Positions 19,935 to 31,197 of a stretch of 64,000 nt of DNA are shown piece after piece. Within the stretch, counting starts at the first letter, position 1. Each line of letters begins with the position of its first letter. A program made the translations under genes and the position numbers. The notes under the pieces were generated by a model. It saw nothing but the letters and a program-made list of their open reading frames with translations. It searched no databases and was not told where the DNA came from. The stretch lies in assembly GCA_963727445.1 (NCBI GenBank), contig CAVSGI010000020.1, forward strand, positions 32,001-96,000. Direction: 5' to 3'. This DNA is from an uncultured delta proteobacterium. GTDB taxonomy: Bacteria; Myxococcota_A; Polyangia; Polyangiales; B10-G4.

Positions 19935-21023
19935 TCAGGCGAAGCGCACGGAGTAGATGGGCGGGAAGTGGTGGCCGAGGCAGGTCCACGTCTCGCCCCC
20001 GTCGTCGCTGTAGAAGACGTTGCCGGTGGTGCTGCCGAAGGCGAGCTCGGTGCCGTCGCCGTCGAAGGCATGGCGATAGACGAGGTCGAAGGCATCGCTC
20101 TGAGGCAGGCCCGCCGTGAAGGCGCGCCAGCTCTTTCCAGCGTCGTCGGTGCGATGAACGGACAGGGCGCCGCCAATCGCGCTCCGCGCCTCGTCGCTCT
20201 CGGCGGGGATGACCCACGCGACCCGCGGGTCGTGGGGATGGGCGACGATGGCGAAGCCGAAGCGGACCGGACCGCCCGGCTCGCTGACCTCGTTCCACGA
20301 CGCGCCGCCGTCGGCGCTGCGGTAGACGCCGCAGTGGTTCTGCTGCCAGACGATCTCCGGATGGTCGATGCAGCGCGACAGAGAGTGGGGATCTTGTCCG
20401 ACTTCGGCGCTCGGCTCCGGCAGGAAGTCCGCGGCGAGGCCCTCGTTCCCGTGCCGCCAGCTCTTTCCGCCGTCCTCGGTGAGGTAGACGCCCCCGCAGG
20501 AGACGCCGATCACCACGCGCTCCGGATCCTCTGGGTCGACGAGGATCGAATGAATCCCCGGGACGTCGCGGCCGCCGCCGAACCACTTTCGGCGGTGGGG
20601 GTGCTCCCAGAGCCCGCGCACCAACGCGAAGCTCTCGCCCCCGTCATCGCTCCGGAAGAGGGCGCCTGGCAGGGTGCCGATCCACACGCGGCGCGGCGCC
20701 TGAGCGCCGCCCGAGGCGAGGCACCACAGCGCTTCGACACAGTGGGCGTCGTCGCCCTCCAGCAGAGACTCCGGCGGGAGTGCTGGCGCGTTCAACTCTT
20801 CGAAACGGCGTCCTTCGGGATCGGAGCGGTGGAGCTTGGGACCCCAATGACCGTGCTCGAGGCACGCCCAGATGCGGCCGTCGCGCGGGTCGCGACACGC
20901 GAAGGAGACGGGGATCCCTTTGAACTCCACGCGCGCGATGGCGTAGCTGTCACCGCCGCTCTTGTCGAGGACGATGAGCCCCTTGCGGGTCCCGACGAGG
21001 ATGCTTCGCCCGCCGGAAGCCAC
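19935..21023 (-). CDS. BNR/Asp-box beta-propeller protein (glycosyl hydrolase-like)
   Basis: GTRKGL start and repeated SDDGGESF, TEDGGKSW, SADGGASW, SDDGGETW Asp-boxes. Confidence 0.88.
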   Translation of the reverse strand: MASGGRSILVGTRKGLIVLDKSGGDSYAIARVEFKGIPVSFACRDPRDGRIWACLEHGHWGPKLHRSDPEGRRFEELNAPALPPESLLEGDDAHCVEALWCLASGGAQAPRRVWIGTLPGALFRSDDGGESFALVRGLWEHPHRRKWFGGGRDVPGIHSILVDPEDPERVVIGVSCGGVYLTEDGGKSWRHGNEGLAADFLPEPSAEVGQDPHSLSRCIDHPEIVWQQNHCGVYRSADGGASWNEVSEPGGPVRFGFAIVAHPHDPRVAWVIPAESDEARSAIGGALSVHRTDDAGKSWRAFTAGLPQSDAFDLVYRHAFDGDGTELAFGSTTGNVFYSDDGGETWTCLGHHFPPIYSVRFA

Positions 21024-21026
21024 GCC

Positions 21027-21689
21027 TCAGACGCTGCCAGCGATGGCGGCGACGCCGAACATCGCGAGGCCCGCGATGCAGCAGACGAAGCAGAGCCCGA
21101 TGATCACCAGGATCCCCTTCACCATGAAATAGACCTTGAGAGAGCTCAGCGCGGCGACGAGGTTCTGCTGGTCGGCGTCGTCGGTCTCTACGACCTTCTT
21201 GATCGCGGTCGAAGCCTTGAAGAGGAAGAAGGCGAGGGTGCCGGTGATGCCGAGACCGAGCACGGCGCCGCAGGCCTGGCCGGCCAGGGTCGGGCCGGGG
21301 GCCTCGATGACGACGCTCTGCACGATCTGAGCGATGGCCTGAAGGAATCCGGCGATGATCGCGGTGATCGCGGCGATCATCGCGAAGCGCGCCATCCCGC
21401 TGAGGTTGGCTTCGTCGTCGGGCGTGAAGGGGATGTGCGCGAGCGGACCTTCACCGCCGCCGCCGCCCATGCCTCCACCACTCGGAGGCGCGCCGCCGCC
21501 CGAGCCCGGAGGCTGGCCGAAGCCGCCGCCGCCTGGCGGCTGACCGCCCGGAGGCTGGCCGAAGCCGCCACCGCCCGGCGGCTGACCTCCGCCGAAACCG
21601 CCGCCGCCCGGCGGCTGACCGCCACCGAAACCGCCGCCACCCGGCGGCTGACCGCCGCCGAAACCGCCGCCCTGGCCGAAGTCGCTCAC
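21027..21689 (-). CDS. Membrane protein with N-terminal GGGFGGGQPP repeats
   Basis: GGAGG RBS and GTGA overlap at 21686-21689. Gly/Pro repeats, then three hydrophobic segments. Paralogous to the upstream gene. Confidence 0.7.
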   Translation of the reverse strand: MSDFGQGGGFGGGQPPGGGGFGGGQPPGGGGFGGGQPPGGGGFGQPPGGQPPGGGGFGQPPGSGGGAPPSGGGMGGGGGEGPLAHIPFTPDDEANLSGMARFAMIAAITAIIAGFLQAIAQIVQSVVIEAPGPTLAGQACGAVLGLGITGTLAFFLFKASTAIKKVVETDDADQQNLVAALSSLKVYFMVKGILVIIGLCFVCCIAGLAMFGVAAIAGSV

Positions 21690-22240
21690 CACTGACCTCC
21701 CGGGTCGTAGCCGCCGCCGCCGAGACCGCCGCCGCCGAGGTTCTGGAAGTCGCCGAAGCCGCCGCCAGCCATTTCCGGCGCGACGAAAGCGCTGATGAGC
21801 TGAAGGATCGCCACCACGATGTTCAGGCCGAACCAGGCCAGCTCGAGCATGAAGAAGAACTTCAGACGCTTGAACGCATCGGAGAGGTACTGCTGATCTC
21901 CCGTGTCCGAGGTCACGACGCTGGCGAGCGCCGAGCGCCCCTGCACCAGCATCACCCCCTCGATGATCAGGACGACGCCGAGCACGAGCCAGATGAGCAT
22001 CTGAAGGATCGTGAGGACGCCCCCGGCGGGGTTGAGCTGGATCATCGCTCCGCCGCCCAGGGCGCCGAAGCAGCCGCAGGTCAGGCAGAGCGCTCCCAAC
22101 AGGAAGTGAACGATCGCCATGAAGAGCATCCACCCGGTCAGGGTGTTGATCTGCTGCTCATCAGCCGGACTGAAGGGAATGCGTGCCAGCGACGCCAAGG
22201 GTCCTCCCACCGCCGGGGGTCGATCCGGCGGCCGGACCAT
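21686..22240 (-). CDS. Membrane protein, paralog of 21027..21689
   Basis: Shared motifs IPF(S/T)PxDE and DxxDQQxLxxAxxxLKxxF. Lies in the 3' part of ORF 21686..23260. Confidence 0.7.
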   Translation of the reverse strand: MVRPPDRPPAVGGPLASLARIPFSPADEQQINTLTGWMLFMAIVHFLLGALCLTCGCFGALGGGAMIQLNPAGGVLTILQMLIWLVLGVVLIIEGVMLVQGRSALASVVTSDTGDQQYLSDAFKRLKFFFMLELAWFGLNIVVAILQLISAFVAPEMAGGGFGDFQNLGGGGLGGGGYDPGGQW

Positions 22241-22294
22241 ATCACAGGTGGGCAGGTGCACACGGGCGCCGAGTCCTCGGGTAATCTCTGGGCC

Positions 22295-23383
22295 ATGGGC
22301 AAGACCGTGGCGGTCCTCACCTCGGGCGGTGACGCCCCCGGCATGAACACGGCGATCCGCGCCATCGCCAAGATCGCGGCGGGCGCAGGGGTGCGCGTCG
22401 TCGGCGTCCAGCGCGGCTACGACGGGTTGATCGACGGCGACTTCACCGACCTGACCCGCGAGACGGCGGAAGGGTTGGCGACGGTGGAGGGCACCGATCT
22501 CATCGGGGGGATCGGCGGCACCATCCTCGGCTCCGCGCGCTCCAAGCGCTTCCGCACCCCCGAAGGCCGAGCTGAGGCCGCCGCGCGCCTCTCGGAGATC
22601 GACGGCCTCATCGTGATCGGGGGAAACGGCTCGCTCACCGGCGCGCATCTGCTGGCCACCGAGCACCCCGAGGTGCGCGTCGTGGGCATCCCCGCCTCCA
22701 TCGACAACGACATCGGCTGCACCGGGCTGGCGATCGGCGTCGACACCGCCCTCAACACCATCGTCGACGCTTGCGATCGCATCAGCGACACCGCGCGCGC
22801 CCATCGGCGCGCCTTCATCATCGAAGTGATGGGCCGCGACTGCGGCTATCTCGCCATGGCGAGCTCCATCGCGGCGGGCGCCGACGCCGTGCTCTTCCGC
22901 GAGCAGGGCCGCAGCGACGACGAGGTCGTCGCCAGCGTGGAGAAGGCCATCCTGCGCGGCTTCGCGCCCGGTCGCGACAAGAAGCGCATCCTGATCATCA
23001 AGAGCGAGGGCGTGAAGATCGAGGCGACCTTCCTCGCCCGCGTCCTCACGGAGCGGATCGAGCCCAAGCTCGAAGGCGTCGAGATCCGCGCGACGGTCCT
23101 CGGTCACCTCGTGCGCGGCGGTGCGCCGAGCTACCAGGACCGCGCGATCGCCGGGCGCCTCGCCATGGCGTCCCTCGACGCGCTCATGAAGGGCGGCTCC
23201 GACGAGATGGTCGCCTGGCAACCGCCGGTGGGGGGCGGCGTCGATACGCGCGACGCCCACGTGAAGCGCTTCCCCCTCGCGCGCGTCCTCGAAGAGACCG
23301 AGAGCCTCCTCGACGGCTCGAGCCCCATCACCCAGCGCCGGGTGAAGCTCATCGAAGAGGTCGAGGGGATCCTCGGGCTCTGA
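22295..23383 (+). CDS. pfkA: 6-phosphofructokinase
   Basis: VLTSGGDAPGMN, GGTILGSAR, IGGNGS, PASIDND, EVMGR, LGHLVRGG. Confidence 0.95.
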   Translation: MGKTVAVLTSGGDAPGMNTAIRAIAKIAAGAGVRVVGVQRGYDGLIDGDFTDLTRETAEGLATVEGTDLIGGIGGTILGSARSKRFRTPEGRAEAAARLSEIDGLIVIGGNGSLTGAHLLATEHPEVRVVGIPASIDNDIGCTGLAIGVDTALNTIVDACDRISDTARAHRRAFIIEVMGRDCGYLAMASSIAAGADAVLFREQGRSDDEVVASVEKAILRGFAPGRDKKRILIIKSEGVKIEATFLARVLTERIEPKLEGVEIRATVLGHLVRGGAPSYQDRAIAGRLAMASLDALMKGGSDEMVAWQPPVGGGVDTRDAHVKRFPLARVLEETESLLDGSSPITQRRVKLIEEVEGILGL

Positions 23384-23395
23384 GCGCTCGCCGCC

Positions 23396-24043
23396 TCAGC
23401 GGCCCGAGGTGTCGTTCGCCGCCGACTCGAGGCGCTCGCGCTCGGCCCAGAGCCGCTCGACGTAGCTCGCCGCGGCACCACAACGCCCGGAGGCATACTT
23501 GCCGAGCCCTTCGCGGACGCCGCCGCAGTCGTGAATCGCGTCGGCGAGGTGCTGCGCGCCGCGCTCGACGACGGGGCCCTGGCAGGCGTCGACCTCGGAC
23601 TGGCAGGCCTCGCGATAGTCGGCGTCCTGGACGTAGCGCATGTCCTGTCCGGCGCCTCGCGGATGGAGCTGGACGATCCCGGCTTCGCCGCGCCGTCCGA
23701 TCGCCGCCGGGTTCAGCATCGACTCGCGTACGGCGAGGGCGGCGAGGAGCCATGGGTCGAGGCCATGGCGCTCGGCGGCTTCTTCGAGCAGGGCGGTGAG
23801 GGCGGCGATGCGGGCTTCGCATCCGCCCGGCGCGTCACGGCAATGCTTGGCGTAGACGACGCGGCCCTGGGGCGAGACCCAGATGGTGAGGCGCGCGGCC
23901 AGCGCCTGCGCGATCGGGTCGTCAGTGCCGAGGTGATGCGCTGCGCCGGCGCCGCGGAGCGGCTCGTTGGCATCGGGCAGGGCGCTTCCGCCGCAGGCGC
24001 TGGTCAGCACGGCGAGCGCGAGGACAATTGCGCGACGAGTCAC
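23396..24043 (-). CDS. SLT-domain lytic transglycosylase-like lipoprotein
   Basis: Lipobox TSAC, LDPWLLAALAVRESMLNPAA..GEAGIVQL, KYASG. Confidence 0.75.
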   Translation of the reverse strand: MTRRAIVLALAVLTSACGGSALPDANEPLRGAGAAHHLGTDDPIAQALAARLTIWVSPQGRVVYAKHCRDAPGGCEARIAALTALLEEAAERHGLDPWLLAALAVRESMLNPAAIGRRGEAGIVQLHPRGAGQDMRYVQDADYREACQSEVDACQGPVVERGAQHLADAIHDCGGVREGLGKYASGRCGAAASYVERLWAERERLESAANDTSGR

Positions 24044-24137
24044 GCGTCGAGGGTAGGAAGCCTCGCTCCGGTCGGTCCACTTCCCGGCACGCGGTCCGGC
24101 GGTTGAACGGACCGCCCAGCCGGGGTAGAGCGCCCGC

Positions 24138-25046
24138 ATGAACCTCTGGCCCCGGCTCGCATGTCTCGTCGCCCTCCTCGTGCTCACCGCGTGCAACCGG
24201 AACGAGGAACCGGACTTCTCTCCGGCGGAGCGAGAGATCCGCCCCGAGTCGAACGCGGGCGCGCGCGGGGGCAACGCGGCGACGAAGATCGGGGCGCCGG
24301 CGCGTCCGAGCGGCATCCCTGCCCCCGCCGACGTCGCCGCCCCGCCCGCCGAGGCGACGCGCACCGAGAGCGGGCTCGCCTATCTCACGCTCGTTCCCGG
24401 CACGGGGAGCCGGCACCCCGAAGACGCCGATCGCGTGAGCGTGAACTACACCGGCTGGACCACCGACGGGCAGATGTTCGACAGCTCCATCACCCGCGGT
24501 CAGGCCGCGACCTTCGGCGTCTCCCAGGTCATCGCGGGCTGGACCGAGATGCTGAAGCTGATGACGGCGGGGCAGAAGGTTCGCGTGTGGATCCCCGAGG
24601 ACCTCGCCTATCGCGGCCGGCCGGGTGCGCCTGCGGGCATGCTCGTCTTCGAGGTCGAGCTCATCGGTATCCTGGGGGCGCCCCAGGCACCAGAGGACGT
24701 CGCGGCGCCGCCCGCCGACGCCGAGGCGACCGAGAGCGGGCTCCGCTCGAAGGTGCTTCGTCCGGGCACCGGCCACACGCGCCCGACCACCACCAGCCGC
24801 GTGCGCGTGCACTACACCGGCTGGACCACCGACGGGAACATGTTCGACAGCTCACTCACCCGCGGGCAGCCCGCCGTCTTTCCGCTCAATCGCGTCATCC
24901 AGGGTTGGACCGAAGGGCTGCAGCTCATGGTCGTCGGTGAGAAGCGGCGCTTCTGGATCCCGGAGGAGCTCGCGTATCAGGGCCGCGCGGGTGCGCCGCA
25001 GGGCATGCTCGTCTTCGACGTCGAGCTTCTCGAGATCATGGACTGA
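24138..25046 (+). CDS. Two-domain FKBP-type peptidyl-prolyl isomerase lipoprotein
   Basis: Lipobox LTAC and two copies of TESGL...[13 protein letters not shown]...VI.GWTE...IPE.LAY...LVF.VEL. Confidence 0.95.
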   Translation: MNLWPRLACLVALLVLTACNRNEEPDFSPAEREIRPESNAGARGGNAATKIGAPARPSGIPAPADVAAPPAEATRTESGLAYLTLVPGTGSRHPEDADRVSVNYTGWTTDGQMFDSSITRGQAATFGVSQVIAGWTEMLKLMTAGQKVRVWIPEDLAYRGRPGAPAGMLVFEVELIGILGAPQAPEDVAAPPADAEATESGLRSKVLRPGTGHTRPTTTSRVRVHYTGWTTDGNMFDSSLTRGQPAVFPLNRVIQGWTEGLQLMVVGEKRRFWIPEELAYQGRAGAPQGMLVFDVELLEIMD

Positions 25047-25540
25047 GGGTCGCGGGCCGCGACCGCGGTAACGCAGATGATGCAGCGTGACGTCGCGGTC
25101 GGCCCGAGCTCCTGGCCCTCGCCGCGATCCCACAGCGCCCGCCCCCTCGCCTCCGCCTCCTCTTCGCGCACGCCACCGCGCCTCGCCACGCGCCAGATGA
25201 ACCGCCGGTGCCTCGAGCGCGTCGACGCCGAGAGGCTGAACGGATATGAAGTATTTGTGCGCGATGGTCATGCCCATGGGGTGCCGGCGGAGAAGATCCG
25301 ACGCGCGATGGAGGCCTTGGCTCTCCTTGAGCCGAGCTCGCGTCGTGGTCGGACGCGAGTGCGTCGTCGAGCGTCTCGAGATCACCGAGGGTCGCGGGTC
25401 GAAGATCCATCGACGCGCCCGACACTTACCCTTTTCTGCCTCCGCGTCGACGGCTACGATGGTGCGATCGACCGCGGCGGCGTCTGCGCTGCCTCCTTCG
25501 TCTCCAAGCCCCAAGCCTTTCGTTGACCAAGCGATTATCG

Positions 25541-26320
25541 ATGACGAGACAACCCAAGAGCTGGCTCGAACGGAAAGCTGCGCGATGGCGCGGGCTCGCC
25601 GACTGCCCCGCGCACTTCGGGGGCACCATAGCCGTACTCGAACACCTCTCGAACCGCGTTCCCTGGCTGCGGCGCCCCTGCGATCGGGTGCGCTCAGCGA
25701 TGGCTCAGTACACCGACTACCGGACCATGCTGTTCGACGCCACCCACGGGACCGATACATTCCGGCGGCTCGAGCTGCGAGAGCTCGAGGTCGGCGCGAC
25801 GCTGCCCACGGAGCAGTTTCGCGGCTGGAAATATGGGCCGATCAACCAGGACTTCTTCCACGAGATCATCGAACGCTGTCCGATCGACCGCGGACGCACG
25901 ACGTTCCTGGACGTCGGTTGCGGCAAGGGAGCCGCCGTGCTGATGGCGAGCGAATACGGGTTTCGCCGAGTGATCGGCCTGGACTTTTCGTCCGAGTTGC
26001 TCGAGATCGCCCAGCGGAACACCTCCATCTACGAACGCAAGCGCGGGCGATCGGTGTCGATCGATTGGGTGCACGCGGACTTCATGACCCACACGCCACC
26101 CGACGAGCCGCTGCTCCTCTTCCTGAACAACCCCTTCCCCGCCGACATCTCACGCCTCGCGGTCGATCACATCCACAGGTTCCTGCGTGGTCATCGAAGC
26201 CCCGTCGTGCTCGCCTACCGGCGCCCAGAACGGGAGATCAAACGCATGCTCGAGCGCTCCGACGTGCTGCGGCTCCATCGCCGGACACCCTATTGGATGA
26301 TCCTGTCCAACGACCGCTGA
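25541..26320 (+). CDS. Class I SAM-dependent methyltransferase
   Basis: FLDVGCGKG, VIGLDFS, ADF, FLNNPF. Start uncertain. Confidence 0.8.
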   Translation: MTRQPKSWLERKAARWRGLADCPAHFGGTIAVLEHLSNRVPWLRRPCDRVRSAMAQYTDYRTMLFDATHGTDTFRRLELRELEVGATLPTEQFRGWKYGPINQDFFHEIIERCPIDRGRTTFLDVGCGKGAAVLMASEYGFRRVIGLDFSSELLEIAQRNTSIYERKRGRSVSIDWVHADFMTHTPPDEPLLLFLNNPFPADISRLAVDHIHRFLRGHRSPVVLAYRRPEREIKRMLERSDVLRLHRRTPYWMILSNDR

Positions 26321-26363
26321 TGGCGGCGCGCGCCGGGACCGACACTGCCGCGTGATTCAGGGT

Positions 26364-26399
26364 TGAAGGGATTGGCTTTCCGTGGAGGCTGGAAACCGG
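26364..26399 (+). repeat. 36-bp motif, copy 1 (second copy at 33663-33697)
   Basis: TGAAGGGATTGGCTTTCCGTGGAGGCTGGAAACCGG versus TGAAGGGGTTGGCTT-CCGTGGAGGCTGGAAACCGG. Confidence 0.8.
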
Positions 26400-26737
26400 A
26401 GACGGCGAGGGCGACGAGTGCGCCCCGTGAGACGAGCAGTCGAACATCGCCGGGACTCGCGAACACGTAGAGGTCGGTCGCCGCGCGGCGGTAGCCGTCG
26501 AAGACGCCGAATGCGCGATGCGATGGATGAAATCGTCGTGAAAGAAGCCCACGACGAGCGCGGGCGCGGCGACGCCGTGAGCGCGATGAAGAGGGTCCAC
26601 CCGCGAGGCTGGGAGACGTCGTCGTCCACGCGCCGAGGATATCCGGATACGACTCGGCGAACATGGCGCACGTCGGCGAGCGCGCCACAGCCAATCAACG
26701 GGACGGCGGGCGGTCCGCTCCGAGCTCTCGAGGCCGC

Positions 26738-28160
26738 TCAACGTCGTATGATCGTGTATTCGTCGGCAGAGGCCGAGCACCCATCCGGGCGGCATCCGGT
26801 GGGTGTCAGTGTGAGCGAGCCATCCGCGTTCATGACCTGGCGATAAGAGAAGTACACGCCGACCTCCGTGGCGTCGGCCCAGGCCCAGGTCTCCCCGGTG
26901 CCATCGCCCGGATCGTCGAACACCCCCTCGAACAGCCGGTCGATGGATCCGATCAGGCATCGTGCACGCCCCGTCCGAGAAGGCTCTGTAGTCCGAATAC
27001 TGGCTCCCGAAGAGCCGGTCATCCACGTCGAACTGGATAGCCAACGTGAAGAAGCGGCCGTCCGTTCGCGGATAGCACCCGCCGGCCATCATGGGGGCGC
27101 CGTCCACCACGAACGACCTCATGTCCCAGCCCCCGACGAGCGGACTGGCGACGAGCGGACCGAGGGTGAGCACCGACCGCGTCGGAAACGTGGCATCGGT
27201 GCGCGGGTCGGTGTCGTCTCGGGTGAACGTCCAGGTGTCGCCGTCGATCTCGAGCTCGAGGACGGCGACACGGCCTCCCGCATCGAGGTCGTACAGCCAC
27301 CGTCCGTCGCTTTGCCTGGTCAGCGTCCCGGTCGCGACGGAGGGGAGTGCGGTTGGGATCCCGCCATCGAGCTCCACGTATCGCTCCGTCATGGCATATC
27401 TCCCCGCAGCCATCTCCTCGATGCGGATGTCGCCGCCAATCTGCTCGTCCGCTCGGGTGAGGTTCGTGCCGTCGGTCAGCTCGACCTCGACGTACCTGAG
27501 GATCCCACCCGCAGGCAAACCAGACATCGCGTCCATGCAACCCAACGAGAGGTCGCAGATCGACCCTGCATCGCAGAGCGAGTCGTCGGCCTCGTAGAGA
27601 CACACACCCGATGCGCACACGCTCGAGGCGCAGGTCGACGATTCCGGACAATCGGCGTCGACCGTACACTCCGGAGGTCCACACGCCTCGGGGTTCTCGG
27701 CGGTGCATGCAGGATTGGTGCAGCGACCCGCGAGGCACGCAGTAGCCAAGGGCGCATCGGCCAGCGGGCAGGAGATGTCGGCGCAATCACGGCCCAGGAC
27801 GACCGTGATGCCGATCGACTCTTCCAGGGTCACGGTCACGGGTCGTTCCGCCACTACCTCACCGCTTTCGCCTCGAACCTCCACGCGAAGACGCAGGGTC
27901 CCGGGTTGAAGGCCGTCGAGCTCCGCGATGCGGGCACCCTCGAGGAAGTTCAATCCGTCCAAGCGCTCGAGATCGACGGGGTGCGCTCGGCCGTCGATCA
28001 GGGTCCGCACCGAAACGAACTCCTCGTTCGGGATGAGATCCGTCCGCAGGTCGACCGCGAGGAGTAGCTCTTCGTCGTGACACCCGCCCAGTCCGACGAC
28101 GGAGAGGCAGAAAGCGAAACGGCAGATCGATCGTCTGTCGCGAGCCAGCGTCCCAACCAT
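26738..28160 (-). CDS. Cys-rich lipoprotein, frameshifted near 26945
   Basis: Lipobox LGGC, VDLRTDL.P..EF, Cys-rich middle. The reading continues in ORF 26738..27022 after a frame change. Confidence 0.65.
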
Positions 28161-28307
28161 CCTCGGACCCACGTGGCGAGCATACCAGGGAGATCCGTCG
28201 CGGCGCGGAATTCGAAGGACTGGCGTAGCGCTGACGCGAGCGCATCGCGTAGATCGCGGCGATCGGGGTAACCGTTCAGGCCCCCTGTTGGACGGCGGAC
28301 GGCGATC

Positions 28308-28666
28308 GGGGACGGTCCGAACTCCCGTCACGCGGCGCTCCGAGCCAGATCCTCCGAGGCGCTTGGGGACGGTCCGAACTCCCGTCACGCGGCGCTCCGA
28401 GCCAGATCCTCCGAGAGTCGCCTCGCCACGACCGAGTCCTCTTTGTGGAGCTCTACGTCGCACGCCATCCACGTCACCGATCCACCGAGATGCGGGCGCG
28501 CGTAGCACAGCCGCTCATCGAGCCGGCAGCGCAATGGTTGCGGCTGATCCGAACCGGCGTTCGGGTTTCGCGAATCTGTGAAACGGAGTCGAGCTTGACG
28601 CGAGAGGCATGCGTTACTCGGACCGTCAGACGCGCCCAGACGCCCCCGTTACGGAAGTTCGGACCG
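28308..28666. mobile_element. Non-coding MITE/REP-like element, copy A (left end duplicated)
   Basis: GGGGACGGTCCGAACTCCCGTCACG at 28308 and 28365. Inverted end CGTTACGGAAGTTCGGACCG at 28647-28666. Interior highly similar to 32940-33125. Confidence 0.75.
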
Positions 28667-28726
28667 GCCATGTACGAGGACGCCGCCTCCGTGAACATCG
28701 CCCTCTGGCCGCCGGCCGAGTAGCGC

Positions 28727-29656
28727 GTGCCGGCTGCCCCGCGTATTCGCCCGCGCCAAACGGGTGCATCGCCACGCCAATGGCTTGCGGCGCGAGTCAC
28801 CTTGGAGAACAGTCCTTCCGTTACCGACACGGAAGCCGAGCTCGCGCGCTCTCGGGGCCGCGTCCGCGCGTTCGCGCTGGAGCGCGCGTCCGCCGACACC
28901 GACGACCAGCTGCGATTGCGGCAGGCCATCGGCGCCGACGATACCGCGCAGATTCACGCGCTGCTGCAGTCCCGGCCAGCGCTGGCGCACTACGAAGACG
29001 CGGTCGCCCTCGCCGCCGCGAGTCATCCGGGTGTGCTCCGCGCGCTCCTCGACGCCGGCCTGCCCGCGAACGCGCGCGGGCCTTTCGGCAAGCCCGCCGT
29101 GGCCGTCGCGGCGGAGGCCTCGACCGATGCCGCGCTCACGTGCCTGGAGCTGCTCCTCGAGGCCGGCGCGTCGCCCGTGGCCGAGAGCGCGGAGGGTCTG
29201 TCGCCGCTCCACTACGCGGCGACGCGCGGCCGACCGGAGGCGGTCGAGTTGCTCATCGACGCCGGCTCCCCGGTCGATGCGCGCGGCGTCATCGGACTGA
29301 CGCCGCTCCACCTCGCCGCAGCGCACCTCCACGCCGGCAACGCCCGGACGCTCCTCGCGCGCGGGGCCGAGCCGAACGCCCGCGACCATGCGGGTTCCAC
29401 CCCGCTCCACCAGCTCGCCGCCGCCGACGTCGGCCTGCGGACCGTCGACGAGCAGCTGGCACCCACGCTGGAGGCGCTCGTCGAGGGGGGCGCCGACCTG
29501 ACGCTCCGCGCGCCCGAGCCAGCCGCGACAGCCGAGCCGGTCGGAAAGATGAAACCTCCGCGCACGCCGCTCGAGCTCGCCCGGATGCGACGAAACCGCG
29601 CGGCGCGGCGGACCGCCGAGCTGCTCGAGGCCGTGGGCCGCGCTCAGAACCGGTAG
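28727..29656 (+). CDS. Ankyrin-repeat protein
   Basis: GLSPLHYAA, GLTPLHLAA, GSTPLHQLA, LLxxGAD/N motifs. Start uncertain. Confidence 0.85.
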   Translation: MPAAPRIRPRQTGASPRQWLAARVTLENSPSVTDTEAELARSRGRVRAFALERASADTDDQLRLRQAIGADDTAQIHALLQSRPALAHYEDAVALAAASHPGVLRALLDAGLPANARGPFGKPAVAVAAEASTDAALTCLELLLEAGASPVAESAEGLSPLHYAATRGRPEAVELLIDAGSPVDARGVIGLTPLHLAAAHLHAGNARTLLARGAEPNARDHAGSTPLHQLAAADVGLRTVDEQLAPTLEALVEGGADLTLRAPEPAATAEPVGKMKPPRTPLELARMRRNRAARRTAELLEAVGRAQNR

Positions 29657-29929
29657 TTTCCGTAGGCCCCGAACACGGCGGATAGGCCACGAACTTGGCT
29701 GTCGTTCGGACGAGATCTGCATCGAGGGCTTCCTGCTCGACTACTTCGAGCCCGCCGACTCGCCGGACTTCTGCATGTACCTGACGTCGCTGGAGGCCGG
29801 CGAAGCCTGCGACGATCCGGAAACCTGGTGCGGTCCCGATCGCGACGCTCTGGGGGGTGTGCGTCCTATGACGGCGCCCGCAGGGAACCCCACCCCCCAC
29901 GAGCTCCTAGCCGTGCCGCCGCCTCCGGA

Positions 29930-30821
29930 TCACGCCCGATGTAGGACAACCGCTTCCCCGGACGCCGCTCCCTCGTGGCAAGGTACGATCTGTCGACCCA
30001 TCACCCGGTTCGAAGAGAGCGGAGGCCGTTTGTGGTGGCCGTGGCGTCGCAGGTGTCCCAGCAGAATCCGAAGTCGAGGGCTAGGGTGAGGGGGGTGGGG
30101 ACGCCGGCACGGCCGGCGGACTCCACGCATACCTGTCCTTCGGGACACGCACTCGACGTTCCCGCCGCGGCGCTCGGACGGCAAGGTCTCCGGCACCCGC
30201 GACTGCCACACAGTAGCCCCTCAGCACACCAGGTATCGTCTTCGCACGACTCGTACGCCCCGGCCTCTCCGAAGGGAGTGCAGTAGCCCACGAAGACTCG
30301 GGTCTCTTCGCTGTCGTAGTAGTGGTCTCGTGGAGCACACTAGCTTTCGGCGTCACACTCGTCGTTCCACGGAGGCATTGAAGGAACCCGAGGCAGCCTC
30401 CAGTGCCGGGGTAGGCCCCGATCGGCGCGCAGAGCACCCCCTCCTCACACTCGTCGTCTGGGGCCGAAGTGCCATCCGGTGTGCATAGCTGAACGCACAC
30501 CGACTCTCCCTCGAGTCCGATGCACACCGAGCCCTCGCGGCAGCGCTCCTCCGGGGGCAGCGACTCGTCCGACTGACACGGGGTCTCGGGCGCGAGCGTG
30601 CCGCCGACTACACAAGTCCCGGTGAGCGTCGGATTCCGAAGGTCCGGCTGGCACCACTCCCCGTCCTCACACGCATCGATCGAACTCGGATCACACGTCT
30701 CCGGAGGGGTCCCGCTGTCGACGGTGGCCCCGGTGTCGGGCTCGCTGCCGCTGTCGACCTCGCCGGTCCCATCACCCGAGCAGCCCCCCACCGTGAACAT
30801 CGCCACGATTGCCGCGACCAT
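29930..30821 (-). pseudogene. Cys-rich lipoprotein, fragmented across frames
   Basis: Lipobox VGGC in ORF 30081..30872. The Cys-rich reading continues in ORF 30001..30291 after frame breaks. Confidence 0.55.
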
Positions 30822-31197
30822 CGCTCTTCCCCGTATGAAGGGGGAAGGTACTCGTGGCGCAGATGGGGGCAAGGTCTGCGCCGATCAGTTGGTCCGAGAG
30901 CGGGAAGAAGTAGTCGGGTGCATTCCGAATCCAGCCCTCCGATGGGCTGCGGGGCCTACTCGAAGGCCTCGACGCAAGGGCGAACGAGCAAGTCGGCGCT
31001 CCCCTCGACTTCATACGGACCGTCGCTGAGCTCGATCTCGCACCCCGATCGACCCCGCGAGCCACAGCCGGCCTCACCGACGACCGGGTCCGCGCCCTCG
31101 CCGCCGACTTGCATTGGTGACGCTCACGGCAGCTTTCCAAGCGGAGAGCGCATGCCGGCGGTTTCCGCGCGGAGAGCGCATGCGCTAGTATCGCGCC

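Noticed and set aside
25077..25526. Possible CDS upstream of the methyltransferase
   Set aside because: No recognisable motif, Arg-rich composition and competing ORFs on both strands. Not supportable.
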